Positions 1-11,648 of a DNA stretch of 64,000 bases are shown piece by piece. Each line of letters begins with the position of its first letter. Position 1 is the stretch's first letter. The stretch spans positions 12,762,642 through 12,826,641 of the forward strand of contig OZ037770.1 of the NCBI GenBank assembly GCA_964035545.1. The letters run 5' to 3'. The translations under genes and the position numbers were made by a program. The notes beneath the pieces were generated by a model, which worked only from the letters and a program-made list of their open reading frames with translations, was not told where the DNA came from and ran no database searches. This DNA comes from Bugula neritina (lineage: Eukaryota; Animalia; Bryozoa).

Positions 1-1189
1 AGAGTAAATTTATGCTAATGAATGTAACACAAAGAGCTGAATGCTAACAGCTGGAAATAAATAGAAAAGTTTTCTGGGTTTTTTATTAAATTATCTAAAT
101 GTGTTTATTATTTGAGCACAATTGTTACAATTGCAATAAATATGTAGCCTGTTCGCAAACTATTTGCTACCGTATTCCTAAATTTATGTGCTTCTTTTTA
201 CGGGTCTCTAAATAATTTCATTGACTTGTAGGAATTCCATGTAAAGAAATGCTTTTAAAGCATATATACCTATTGTGTTTGGCATTTTTAGATTGGAATA
301 TATTGTTTGATATTACAAATTTAATATATTTCTTTTAATATATATCTTCATAATATTTTTAGTAAAAATATTATATAGTAGGGCAGCCTTATATTTTTTT
401 TCATAGTATTGGTTTGTAAGTATGTGAACATGCTAACACAGATGAGCTAGTGCCTTCATAATCTACAGGCATGTGTTCCAACCCATAACTTGGATCTATT
501 AGATTTTAGTAAGACAGAGCTGACTATTGTAGCTACACGCAATAACCAGGGCTGCGTTGTACACTATGGGTATGTTAGTATTCTAAGAGTTGAAAGGTTA
601 ACAGCTCTAACTAGAGTGGACAGCCAGCAATACAAAAGATTAGTGGGATTTATATGTCAGCTGCCAGCTTCAGCATTGCTCCATAACCACAACTACAAAA
701 ATGGTTTAAATTTTTTTTTAAGTTATCAAGAAAAAGACTTTTTTAGATTTCTGAAACTGCTAATATGAGTGCTTGTGCCAAAATACTTTTCACAGAAAAA
801 ATGAAACTCATGCTAGCAATAGTCTTCACACAAACCTCAAATTTTACTGATTTTATGTCAATTCTCTCCATCATGGAGACTCTTCCTTGTGCCTTGTGAG
901 AGGAGACAACTTAAAATTATAAATGCCCCTGAAAGGATATGTGAAAAAAGTCTATTGCTTTTAGTGAATTGCTGTGAGTCTCCTTGTAGAATAATATTTA
1001 GTGGCAATAATTTAGGATCAATACGAGATCATTGGTTGACCAAATGACGTAGGTGTAGTAATGGAGAAAGTGGGAAAAGCTAGTGTTCTAGATTAATAGC
1101 TAATAGTATTCCTACCATTGTCAAATAACTTTATTCTAAATTCCTGTAGACATAATTACACAATTAGATTCCAACAGGCTGCATGTTTT

Positions 1190-1345
1190 AGTATATATAA
1201 AAAGAAGACATTTAAAAGGTGGTTTTTCCACTCTAATTCATATACATGTGTAAAATAATTTTATCTGTTGTGCCTTTGAGGGCCACATAAATGTAGGCTG
1301 GAGGCTACATCCGGCCCTGGCACCAACTGTTGGAAAGCCCTAGTC
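1190..1345. mobile_element. Fragment of a non-autonomous DNA transposon (hAT-like), related to 17877-18172
   Basis: Shares tttt(c)cactct..ttcatat..tgcctttgaggg..cataaatgtag.ctgg with 18070-18170 and ends in ttggaaagccct, a TIR-like end. Confidence 0.5.
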
Positions 1346-2607
1346 TGATCTAATGTTTTTGCATATCAAATTTTGTCTTGTATACACTATGCTTCCATTA
1401 ATTATTACATGATGCGAATGGATTTTTTCATTCGCCCTATTATGAAAATAGTTGCATCGAAGCAAAACCGCAGCCGGAAATTTAATCAAATAGCTCCTTC
1501 CAGTTATAGTTACAATTCAATGGCTCCTTTGATGAAAAATTTCTTACGCATTTTTTGATTGATATAGTAACTGGTCCTTTCATTAAATCAAATGAAACCT
1601 TTTGTGGCGGAGGCAGTGACCAGCGATTGTGTCTGCTAGTTACACAGATATTCGATGTAAACAATAATTACATACATGTTACATGCTAAAGTGCATTTCG
1701 TCTCATAACAACTTAAGTTATTTAATTGATTTTAGCTGCTATTATTTAAGATAGTTACCAACCATCTTAAATTTATAAAACTTTTCTACAAACCAAAGCA
1801 TTCCCAAGCTAAAAATAAATTGACAGCTATTTTCATTTTGAAAACATAAATTACTCTTAAGCTTTAGGCTACCAGTGGTTACACAATACTTTATTCCTTT
1901 ATTGGTTTGTGCTTTTTAATTTAAAACAAATTAATTCACATGCAGTGTGTGTATTTAATAAATTTAATCTAGCGAAAATGGGGGCAGAAGAGGTAAATGA
2001 GTTGTCATTAGGCATGAACACTGACTCAAAGTTGGCCATATTAATTTACATTTTAAGTTAGCCGCCACAATTTCAAGAAGAAAAAAATAACTTTGTACAG
2101 ATTGCATAGGAACGTGTGGTTTTCCTTCAATGTAATCCGTATGGGCATTCGTACAGATTCATTCGCCAGTATGGAAGCGCAGTGATTAGGTTCATACCAG
2201 TTTTGATTTCCCATGTCGCAGTGACTGATTTTGTGGTTAGTGTTACCACATACTAGGTATTGTGTAGGGTGAGTAGCATGAGTGTGTTGAGCTTCAAATA
2301 TAGTGAGAAGTAGCAGATATTTACTAATATAATGGTTGGATGATATAAAATTGTGGGGCTTGACTTGCTGAATAACCAACCTGAACCTACTAATTACTAT
2401 AAACTTCAGTATATTCCATGCTTCATTTTATGAAGATAAGCCACATTATATCCAAAATGTTTTTTTATATATTGATTATAGGAGAACTTTCTAAAACACT
2501 AATTTTCTATAGAAAATGGTTTTAGTAAAGAAAATTATCTAGTTGATATTTTAAAATGTCGTGATTGTAGTTGTCTGGTATGACATATATTCTGGTAATG
2601 CAGTATA

Positions 2608-4696
2608 ATGAGCATTGTTTACAGTTTGGAAACTCTGCTCAACTTGAGAAAACTGGATCTTACCTGGGGGATGTTTGGTCAGATTCCTGATTCAGTATAT
2701 GCCATGGAAAGCTTGGAAACCCTTGAACTTGCAGGCTGCCGGGGTCTTACACATATAAGTCCCAAAATTCTCCAGCTTACTAAGTTGCAAAGTCTCAACT
2801 TAGAGTATTGCTCAAGTGTGACGGTTCCACCATATGAGATTCTTAAACAAGGATTAAACGCAATCAAACAGTATTTCATAGACTTGAAAATGGGAGCTGG
2901 AAACAACCTCCCACTTGTTACAATTGCGGTTATTGGCAACACCATGGCTGGAAAAACTAGTCTCATTCAAACCTTGCAAAGTACCAGCAGAACCAGAATA
3001 TTAACCAATCGTAATCTTGGAAACAGAATTGATGAAACTACAAAAATCTTCAAAGTGGAAAAGTTGGAAATTGAAAAGGTTTTGCTACAGCTTATTGATA
3101 TGGGCGGGAATGAAATCTACCACACTACATACCAACTCGCTCTGCATCAAAATTGCATCCCTTTAATTGTTGCCAACCTGGTGCAATACAATGATCTGGT
3201 ACAAAAATCATCTGAAAGAGAGGCTGTCCGTAGACTCGCCTTCGATTATATGTCACACCTCTATCTTGCAAACCCTTCTATGGGCTCACCAAAACTTGTC
3301 CTCACACACAAAGATCTCTTTAGTGATGCAAAGTTTGCTGAATTGAAACACAGTTTTTTAAGCACTTGTAATCAGTTATGTAAAGAAACTGTTGAAGAGG
3401 AAAAGCAGTTGAAGGGCAGTTTCTCTCTCATTGAGCGATTTTCAGATTCAACTGAGGATATTTTTCTTCCCGAAGATGTTTTTGAGATTGGTGTCAAAGA
3501 AAGTTATGCTTATTTTGATTCATTGAAAATGAACCTTTTTTTCACATGTCAGCTGTTTATTGAAATTCTGCCAGCATTTTGGGAACAAGTTAGTCAAAAG
3601 GTTTGTTCTCTACCCTTGGCATACAACACTTTTGATGACCTTTTCAATTATTTAAAGCAGAGTTTCCAGTCAATTGAGCAAGCACAGTTTCAAATAATTC
3701 TCAACTATATGCACCAATGTGGGAAGATATTGTGGTACAAGAGCAGTAAAGGCCTTGAGGACTACATTTTTCACAATATTTCAGCATTGACAGATCTATT
3801 GGCAGTGTTTTACAGCCACGAAGGAAACAGATGGAGACAACGGCAAAGGAATTTTGTTCCTTTTCTAGACGAAGGCGGGATGAGAATAGAACGTGAAAGA
3901 TTTGATGAATTTGTCCAAGTTTTCAATAGCACTGCTGTTATGAATAAACAACTTTTCTTTTACCTGATAAAAAGTGAAACGTTGTTCAAAAGCAAAAATG
4001 ATTTGCTTGTTGCAATGAATGTTTTGAAAGCATTTCGTCTAATCCATGGTCCAGTTCCCTGTGGTGTCACCAGTACAGGATTTTTCATTCCTTACATGGT
4101 AGAGAAATTTTGTGATCGGGACGTTTTGTCAAAAGAAGAACTAAGCTTGCGAGTAGACCTAGTTTTCAAAGGTTTATCTCTACCACAATATGCTTATCAT
4201 CAGATGAGTGTAGGAATGCTAGAGTTTTTTCCTAGCTTGATTGCTTCACCAATGGTGCACAAGGATGGTGCAAGTGTTTTTCATGATGGTTTGGTTGTTC
4301 AACTAATCCATGACTACAAGTCAAGGAAAATTTCCATCTATGTGGCTTCCGCTGCAAGAAGAGTTTGTGAAATGTGGAAGCAGCTCTTTAAAATCACGAA
4401 TAATGCCCTTCAACACGTCACCCACTCATGGCCTGCAAGCCGGCCAGTTGTAACCAGTTTTTGTGCTCATTGTTTGTTGATACAACATCCAAATCCTGAA
4501 AAGATAGTTAATCCTCAATGGGCTGTCATTCCTAAAAAAGAAAGTTCACCTCATACTTCAGCAATCAACATGCCTTTGTCAAATACTCTTGAACCAGAAA
4601 GATCAAGATACTCATCTGCGATGTTACATGATCCCTCTGCACAGTGTAGATGCAAAAGAGAAACCGTTTTTGCTGTGTTTAAACATCCTTGCGCAT
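2608..4696 (+). CDS. Large exon encoding LRRs, Roc GTPase and COR (Roco family, MFHAS1/LRRK-type module)
   Basis: 701-aa ORF in the track with P-loop GNTMAGKTS, DMGG and THKD. A strong donor T|gtaagt at 4697 precedes the ORF stop. A candidate acceptor tttacag ends at 2623, suggesting further upstream LRR exons. Confidence 0.92.
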
Positions 4697-7600
4697 GTAA
4701 GTTTTATTGGTAGTGATATGAATCAAAACATGTCTATATGTCAACTTTAAACTACATGTTGTTGTAATTAAGTCTTGTGTCTGATTATTGATTATCCTCC
4801 CGCTCAACTTGAGTCATCTGATCAGTGTTTTAGACATTGTGACATTTTAGTCATGGGATTTAAAGTTGATTGTTTAAAGATTTAAAACAATATCTGAGTC
4901 AACTTTGCTAGTTCACTCGACCAATTATTGGCTCTAAATTTTTTAATTCTGCAGACTAGCTTACTTTCAAATTTAATCTACAGTGTGCATATAATAAAAC
5001 TAAAAATTCAAGTTACAATCTTCCCTAATGTGTTGATTCCCAATAATTTTATTGGGTTATTTATTGTAGCCAATTCCCTGCAACCCAGTGAATCTGAGAA
5101 ATTCACTGAGTTTGTGAAACAGCTGAAATCTCGGGGAGAACAAGCCAATGTTGGTAAGAAACTTCTTTGTGAAACTTGAAATTGATAAACTCCTTTTAGA
5201 AAAAACAACATTAAATTATCAACTACATTTTACATAATTTATTTCTTATTAGACTTTAAATGAAAGATTCAAAATTACAAGTCAATTGTTGAGAAAATTG
5301 TTAATAACTATTTTGATATTTTTTATTAGGCCAACAGTGAGCAATTTTCTTGAAACTTGTGATAATATGTTTGAAAAATTTTTGAAACATTTATTCTTTG
5401 GTCCCAGTTTTCAAACTTTTTGTTTGCAAATTATTATATAGAGATGACCAGACAGGCGGATCTCAGATCAACTGTTGCCATGGAAACCCCAGATGAACTC
5501 GGTGATCTCTCAGAAGATGATGACAACATTGTTCCAGAACAAGATGGAAGACGTCAGAGGGTCCAGATTCGACTTACAGTAACACCTACCACTCATCCCA
5601 AAGTGCAGGAGCTCTTTAATAATACCGAAAAGGTGACTTTGCAAGGCTTGAACTAATTAGAGTTGGCCTAAATCATTTTTAAACACTTTTCATTAAAAAA
5701 TTAAATTAGAAAATAGCAAATAACAACAAAAGCACCAGATTCTTCTCGATCTGTCAGCAATTTTTCAGGTCTCCTTCTAGCAAATTCTTTAAACTTTTAA
5801 CCTGTAATTATGAAAACATTAAGATATATATTTTTAATTTTTTACTATGTTGGTTCTAGAACTTGTGCGAACTGTGGCATTTTGTACAAAAATAAGTTAC
5901 AGTAGTTTCATTGAACATCACATTCTTTGTTAAATGGTTTCATTCCTGTAGTATGATATGCAGTACTTCAATTTGTTAACTTTTGTTTTAAATAAGGTAT
6001 ACAATATGACAAAGAAAAGAGGCAGAGCATTGATAATCAACAATGAAAACTTTCTTGAAAGACCTGACCTTCAGCGGAAAGGGTCAAATGCTGATGTTGT
6101 CAATATGTTGGACATGATGAAAGCTTTCAAATTTGAAGTTTTGATCCAACAAGATCTTAAAGCAGAGGTAGCATAATCAAAATGTGTTACTCGTGTGTTC
6201 TTTAATCATTGTAGGCAAATATCAAAGCTTTTTTTTAACAATTTATGCTCTTCAATGAATAAATGTCTATAAAGAGATAGAAAGTTTATCCCAACTAATT
6301 TTAACTTTTAGCTGACCAAATAGTAATATTATTTTTATTGCAGTATGGGTTTTTTTAATAGTTACTCTAGTGTTTATGCATTTTATAATCTGACATTTTA
6401 TATTTATACAAATTATACAAGAGTTAGATAATTTTGCGCTCGAATCTGTTTGCCTACATCTGCCATCTGTGCCTATATCTGCCATCTGTGCCTATATCTG
6501 CCTACATTTTTGATTACAGGATATGCTGAAAGCTATCAAGGCTGAAGTGGAGAACCAGGTGCATGAAGACTATGGGTGTCACATGTTAGTCATCATGAGT
6601 CATGGGAGTAGGAATAACCAGATCCATGGCACTGATATGAAGGCTATTGACCTTGCAAATGTGTTTGACCTTCTCTCTCCTCTCAACTTTCCTGGAATGT
6701 CTGGTAAACCTAAGATGGTGGTGTTGGAAGTGTGCAGTGGAGGTAAAAACTTATCTGTTGTATACAAATCTAGAGCAGGCTGCTTATAGACTCAAACCTA
6801 GTTACTTTGGTAGTATATGCTATTGAAAATTGTTTTTACTCGCTGGTTTGTAATTCTTGCAACTTCAGTATACACGTTTTTGTATATTTTACTCAAATAA
6901 AGAGGCTTAAAATAATTAATTGGGGGCAGGGGTTTAGGTATAACAATTAAGCTTTATTCTGTAAGAAATTGACCACCAGCAAGGCGAAATCTATTTCACC
7001 CATAATGAATATTCGATCATAAAAGTCGCCAATGCATATTGTTGTTGAAAACCCATGAGCCTAACCTATGCATTTCAAACTTACTTCAAGAATTTCATAT
7101 CACTCAGAAATATTTTTAGATTTCCTGTTGGCTTTTTAGAAGATCACATAATCATTTTATTAATTTTTGTAGCTTTGTTTCTCATATAACAATACTACAT
7201 TTGATGAAAATTTCAAAACTATTTTGCATTATTCATTTTTATCCTCATCACATTCATTGAAATTTTGGCTTATTATTTTATACTATAGCTTTATTATTCA
7301 TACTTTAATAAACGTTTTACTTACTCATATAAAATTAGTTCCCCATTTGCAATGAATATCTCGCCGGGGAGAAGTGCTGAATAATTTTTGAAACAGACGA
7401 TGCCTAGCTGACTTGGTTTATTTTGCTAGACTGTTTAACATATTTGATTGGTCACTTTGTCACATTTTTTTATAAGCTAATTTATTTACGAATGAATCCG
7501 GGGTATCAAATTGAGTTTGATGTATATAATATGTATTTTAGTTCGATCAGATCTTGGTGAACAAGGGGTTGTAACAGATATGCAATTTAAATCTGTTTCT

Positions 7601-7777
7601 GGCGAGCAAGCTGAGTATGAGGTAGTGCCTGCTCTACCCTCAAAAGTTGGTCACCGACAACTAGAAGCTGAGTCTAAAACTAGACTAAACTCTGATGACT
7701 TGATTGTAATTAAGTCTAGCTTTGAAAGTGAGTTATTTGCAAAATATCTGTATCATAGTTTCAACTTCAACACCCAT

Positions 7778-7855
<78 letters not shown>

Positions 7856-8110
7856 AGGAAAAGAGCAATTTAATTATATAGATGTTGTTTTATTGTACTA
7901 CTAATAGTTTCATGCCTCTTCGGCACTCCTCAGGCACAATATTTGTGCCTGAGGAGTGCCGAAGAGGCATGAAACTATTAGTAGTACAATAAAACAACAT
8001 CTATATAATTAAATTGCTCTTTTCCTCAATAATATAATTGCTCATTATTATACACATAATAATTTGAGCACTTTTTTATCGCTGTTTTTTTAAAAATCTC
8101 ACGATACAAT

Positions 8111-8209
<99 letters not shown>

Positions 8210-8487
8210 GTATCAATCTGTGGACAGCAGCTGTTTCGAGATTTGTCCCCTCATCAGCACAGAGCAGAGTACCATGGCCCACACCTTCGCAATAGTAGAA
8301 ACTTATAGTTTTACTAAAGCATATTTAAAAGGTGTGTAAACCCAAGCCAGAATGCTCAAGTGACTCTAGGGGTCACCTAGGAGTCACGAGCATTGCTAAA
8401 TGCTAGCAGCTTGAGTTTGTGACCATGGTGAGAGAGCTCAATCATTTAATGTCATTGCTGAGCATTAAATGAGAGCGTAATATCTCA

Positions 8488-8564
<77 letters not shown>

Positions 8565-9220
8565 GAATTTATATAAATATTTAGAACATATATAATACAA
8601 TACTGAGTTGTGATGAACATGGATGTGTATTTTGTAGGTTTCCTGGCAGTAAGACATGATGTTTACGGTTCCCTAATGATCAGAGCTCTTGTGTCCACCA
8701 TGTATAAACATGCCGGCCATCATCCCATGTGTAAAATCTTCAAAAACGTAAGTTTCTTGAAAGCATTGTGCTACTAGATAACTTTGCCATTTGTATGGAT
8801 AAATTTTGTGTGATAATAAAAAAATTATGCAAAAGGTGGGGTTTGAACCCATGCTGCACCAACTCAATATTCAGATGGTCTGTCTTTATGCCAAAACTAA
8901 CCTGACAATTGTAGTACACAACATTATATAGAGCAATGCATCCAGTTAAATTCTTAACTAATAATCAGACAGATGGGAAACTTTATATGTGTTTTTTTAT
9001 CAAATCATTAGAATTACTTGTGAGTCATTCCCCCACACTATAAGATACAGTGCACTAAACATATTGTATATTATTATTTTAGGTTCAGCAGAAGGTTAGA
9101 AAAACTTGTCTGGCGAAAAAATTGCATCAAGGACAGATGGTAGTGACATACGACACCCTGACTCATGGGAGACAACTCTATCTCTTTCCTGGATTTAATG
9201 GAGGTAGACGGAGAGAGTGA
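2608..9220 (+). CDS. LRR-Roc-COR (Roco GTPase)-caspase (peptidase C14A) fusion protein; 8 coding exons, ~1063 aa from the ATG at 2608; 5' end may extend upstream
   Basis: Exons 2608(or acceptor 2624)-4696, 5070-5153, 5442-5632, 5997-6167, 6520-6742, 7542-7727, 8638-8747, 9083-9220. All introns are GT-AG with compatible phases; total 3192 nt, open to TGA. Roco motifs: LRRs (LRKLDLTW, LETLELAGC, LQSLNLEYC), LRR-Roc linker PPYEILKQGLNAIKQYF, G1 GNTMAGKTSL, G3 DMGG, G4 THKD, COR motif ILNYMHQCGKILWY. Caspase motifs: YNMTKKRGRALIINNENF, RKGSNAD, MSHG, KPKMVVLEVCSG, small subunit AVRHDVYGSLMIRAL and TLTHGRQLYLFPG. Confidence 0.85.
5997..9220 (+). CDS. Caspase catalytic domain exons (large subunit, linker, small subunit)
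   Basis: Catalytic His (MSHG) and Cys (EVCSG) are present, as are both S1-pocket Arg equivalents (LQRKGS, LAVRH). The C-terminus LYLFPG resembles caspase-2-like sequences. Confidence 0.92.
7893..7939 (-). ncRNA. Minimal type I hammerhead ribozyme motif (mirror copy in the left arm of the inverted repeat)
   Basis: Exact reverse-complement copy of 7943-7989. Confidence 0.8.
7943..7989 (+). ncRNA. Minimal type I hammerhead ribozyme motif (sense to the host pre-mRNA)
   Basis: Stem I TTGTGC/GTACAA; core CTGAGGA (CUGANGA); stem II GTGCC-GAAGA-GGCAT; GAAA; short stem III ACT-ATT-AGT; cleavage triplet GUA, cutting after 7983. Confidence 0.8.
8206..8490 (-). mobile_element. ~285-bp hammerhead-bearing element between (TA)n tracts; Penelope-like pLTR fragment or retrozyme-like
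   Basis: Bounded by (TA)n on both sides. Contains the hammerhead plus two further hairpins (~8351-8394 aatgctc..gtgactc..ggagtcac.gagcatt; ~8435-8476 tcatttaatg..cattaaatga). The family assignment is inference. Confidence 0.55.
8217..8263 (-). ncRNA. Second, distinct minimal type I hammerhead ribozyme motif
   Basis: The minus strand reads TCTGTG CTGATGA GGGG-ACAAA-TCTC GAAA CAG-CTG-CTGTC CACAGA: stem I TCTGTG/CACAGA, canonical CUGAUGA...GAAA core, stem III ACAG/CTGT, GUC cleavage triplet. Confidence 0.8.
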
Positions 9221-10894
9221 ATAGACTTAGCTCTTTGAAAGATAGTAGTCTGCTACTCTACCCTCCCTCTACTTGTAGATGATGCAAAAGACAATTTCCT
9301 CTTTCTAAATGCTAACAGTTTACCAAGTCTCTTGCATTGTACTTGGTTTTATATATATCACAGTTTCTGAGCCCATAATGGAATGTCGAACTTGCTATTT
9401 TGCTTTCATGCAAATATCATAATCACATATCTTTCACAGCTGTATACAATATTCCAATTAAAATTGCCTTGCTTATCTTTATCATATGCAATGGACTCTT
9501 TTTATCATTATATAAAAACTAATAAATTTAGTAGCTACAGTTGCATGATAGTTATTCTAGTTTGTAGATTTAAGGCATTGATTTATTCATAGTGTTTCAG
9601 TGAGCCAAGTTTTTACATTTACATTGCTTTGCTATGTTTTGCTGAGGGGAGAGGCCTTGCAATAAGCTTTATGTTATACTTTTATATTAATATGTTTGAT
9701 TAATAAATATAAAATATTATTAAATTATATTACATAATGTTTGTTACAATTTGTAAAATATATAAACACCCAAGCTGGTCCAAGTCTAGGCTTTGCAAAA
9801 TTAGAGCATCATTGACCATATAAAGCTCTAGTAATTTAGAGTCATCTTCTCTTTGTCATAAATGAATGAGTTTTATTAGGTTAAGCTTTTTATTCAGTCA
9901 ATTAGAATATAGACTGTGGCAGACAGTTGTATTGATAGTTCTTTTTGGTGGCATTATTATAGTTTGTGGAATTCAGTAACTGCAGTGGTAAAACTTTCAT
10001 ATTCTGTACTATATACATGTGCCTATATACAACAACACAAAGTGTGCATATCAGCTGCTCATTATTAATTAAAATTTGTATAAGACGTACTTCTGATCTG
10101 GGGAAGTGAGTACACCACACCAGCTAAAAGAGAACGGGCTAAATTGTGGGAACCCTAGGTTACAACTAAATAGAGGTGAAAAAATATGTAAGCACAAAGG
10201 GTTGTCTGCCCTCAGAATTAGCTGGCACAATATCTTGATTAAAAATTTATGCTGAAATCAATTAAAAATTGATGCTAAACCAGCATAACGTTGTGTGTAA
10301 TGTAATTGCCACTATTGCTAATGGAATATTATATTATAATTGTTATAGAAAACATTACAGTTTAATTTTATTATTTAAAGCAACATATAATATGTTCTCA
10401 GCAATTGATAGGGGTATGTTTAGGGCTGCACATTGTTGCTTTATTCTTTCATATATAGAATTTGCAGTTGTTAAAATAGCTAGCAATAAGATATGACTTG
10501 TAGAATTATTACGGTATAAATAGTAGTAATCTGTACTGGAGTTGACATGAGTAGTAAAATGATTTTAATTCTATTGAATTCTATCTGTTATAATATATAT
10601 CCTGAAAGAAAACACAACGTAACTATAACGAAGATTTTATATGTTGCTACGTAAAATCTATTATATAAATATCAGCTTAGACGAAAAGCAAGCAGGCTAT
10701 AGTCTATAGATATATGATTTTATTTAAATTATTGATGTATCAGATCTGTTATATTTTCTTTATAATGGGAATATTACACAGTCATTTGATTAGTTTTTGT
10801 ATTCATTGCAATTAATATGCATTTTTTATTAATGTGTACAAGTGTATCATGTAGAAGTTCAAATTAAAAAATAGAATATTTACCATAATAATAA

Positions 10895-11262
10895 TGCACC
10901 TTGGTCTATTGGCTTATAGAGCACAAGGTCGGTTTACAAAAGGTATACATACATCACGGTTCAAATCTCAGTAAATGCCACTAGTATTGTTAGAAAGGGG
11001 ATTCATTCATAATTGCTCCTGTGCACATTGAAAAGCAGGTCCTGAGGGCTTGAAAGCCCTTTCTTTCTAGAATGGCTTTATAAGCAGCTTCAGGTTGGGG
11101 GTGAATGAGTGCAGTAGTTTGGGGTTTTCAAGTTTGGAGTTGGGGGGTTCGGTGCAACCCAAACTAGTGAACTCATTCACCCCTAACTCGGAACTGCTTA
11201 TAGAACTATTTTTCTATCCAGGGTACTCGCAGGGATAGTACTAAAAACCCACGTGAGTTTGT
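10895..11262 (+). mobile_element. tRNA-derived SINE copy interrupted by a MITE
   Basis: B-box-like ggttcaaatctc, family core cataattgctcctgtg and tail gggatagt.ctaaaaacccac. The inverted-repeat element at ~11070-11210 splits it. Confidence 0.7.
11070..11210. mobile_element. MITE / foldback element (~140 bp) nested in a SINE
   Basis: Imperfect inverted arms tataagcag..gggggtgaatgagt..tagtttggg / cccaaacta..actcattcacccc..ctgcttata. Confidence 0.7.
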
Positions 11263-11648
11263 ATTAGAAACAAACATTGGCTAGCTACGAGTGGATGATT
11301 TTTAAATTAGGGGGGCGCACACCAAATGTATGTATGTATGTATGTATGTATGTATATTATTGCTTTTGTACCACCTTACATTTAAGTACTAAAAATAAAC
11401 ACAGTAATTTTTTACACAAATTAATATTTTTTATTGTTGCTGTTATGTTCTTAATATGACGGGTATAAACAACACTTCTTTAACAAGATATAATCTGGCT
11501 ACACCCTTATCACAAAAACCACGCTGTTTACATGCCGAGCACGTGCAACCAGAGCCTTGCTAGTAAACAACGCGCTGCGTTCGCTTAGTTGCTGTGTTAT
11601 CACTTTGACTGGGTGATTGTGTCATCCAACAGCTCCCTCAATTTTACT

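Larger units (their letters stand above)
7846..8036. repeat. Perfect inverted repeat, 94-bp arms (7846-7939 / 7943-8036) with a 3-nt spacer, in an intron of the Roco-caspase gene
   Basis: The arms are reverse complements around ggcacaa-tat-ttgtgcc and abut a (TA)n tract. Confidence 0.95.
7781..8560. repeat. Three long (TA)n microsatellites (~7781-7850, 8113-8205, 8487-8560)
   Basis: Directly visible; they explain the IYIYIY spurious ORFs. Confidence 0.97.

Noticed and set aside
232-973. Three apparent 9-nt micro-exons (232-240, 407-415, 965-973) and a possible exon at 469-569 as the 5' part of the Roco gene
   Set aside because: AG/GT pairs are frequent in AT-rich DNA. I could not chain them in frame to 2624 or see LRR motifs in them; transcript data are needed.
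2679-2966. Antisense 95-aa ORF within the Roco exon (likewise 30118-30339 and 62210-62518)
   Set aside because: Shadow ORFs opposite real exons, with no motifs or splice support.
8076-8657. Minus-strand ORFs with IYIYIY runs
   Set aside because: They are (TA)n microsatellite translations.
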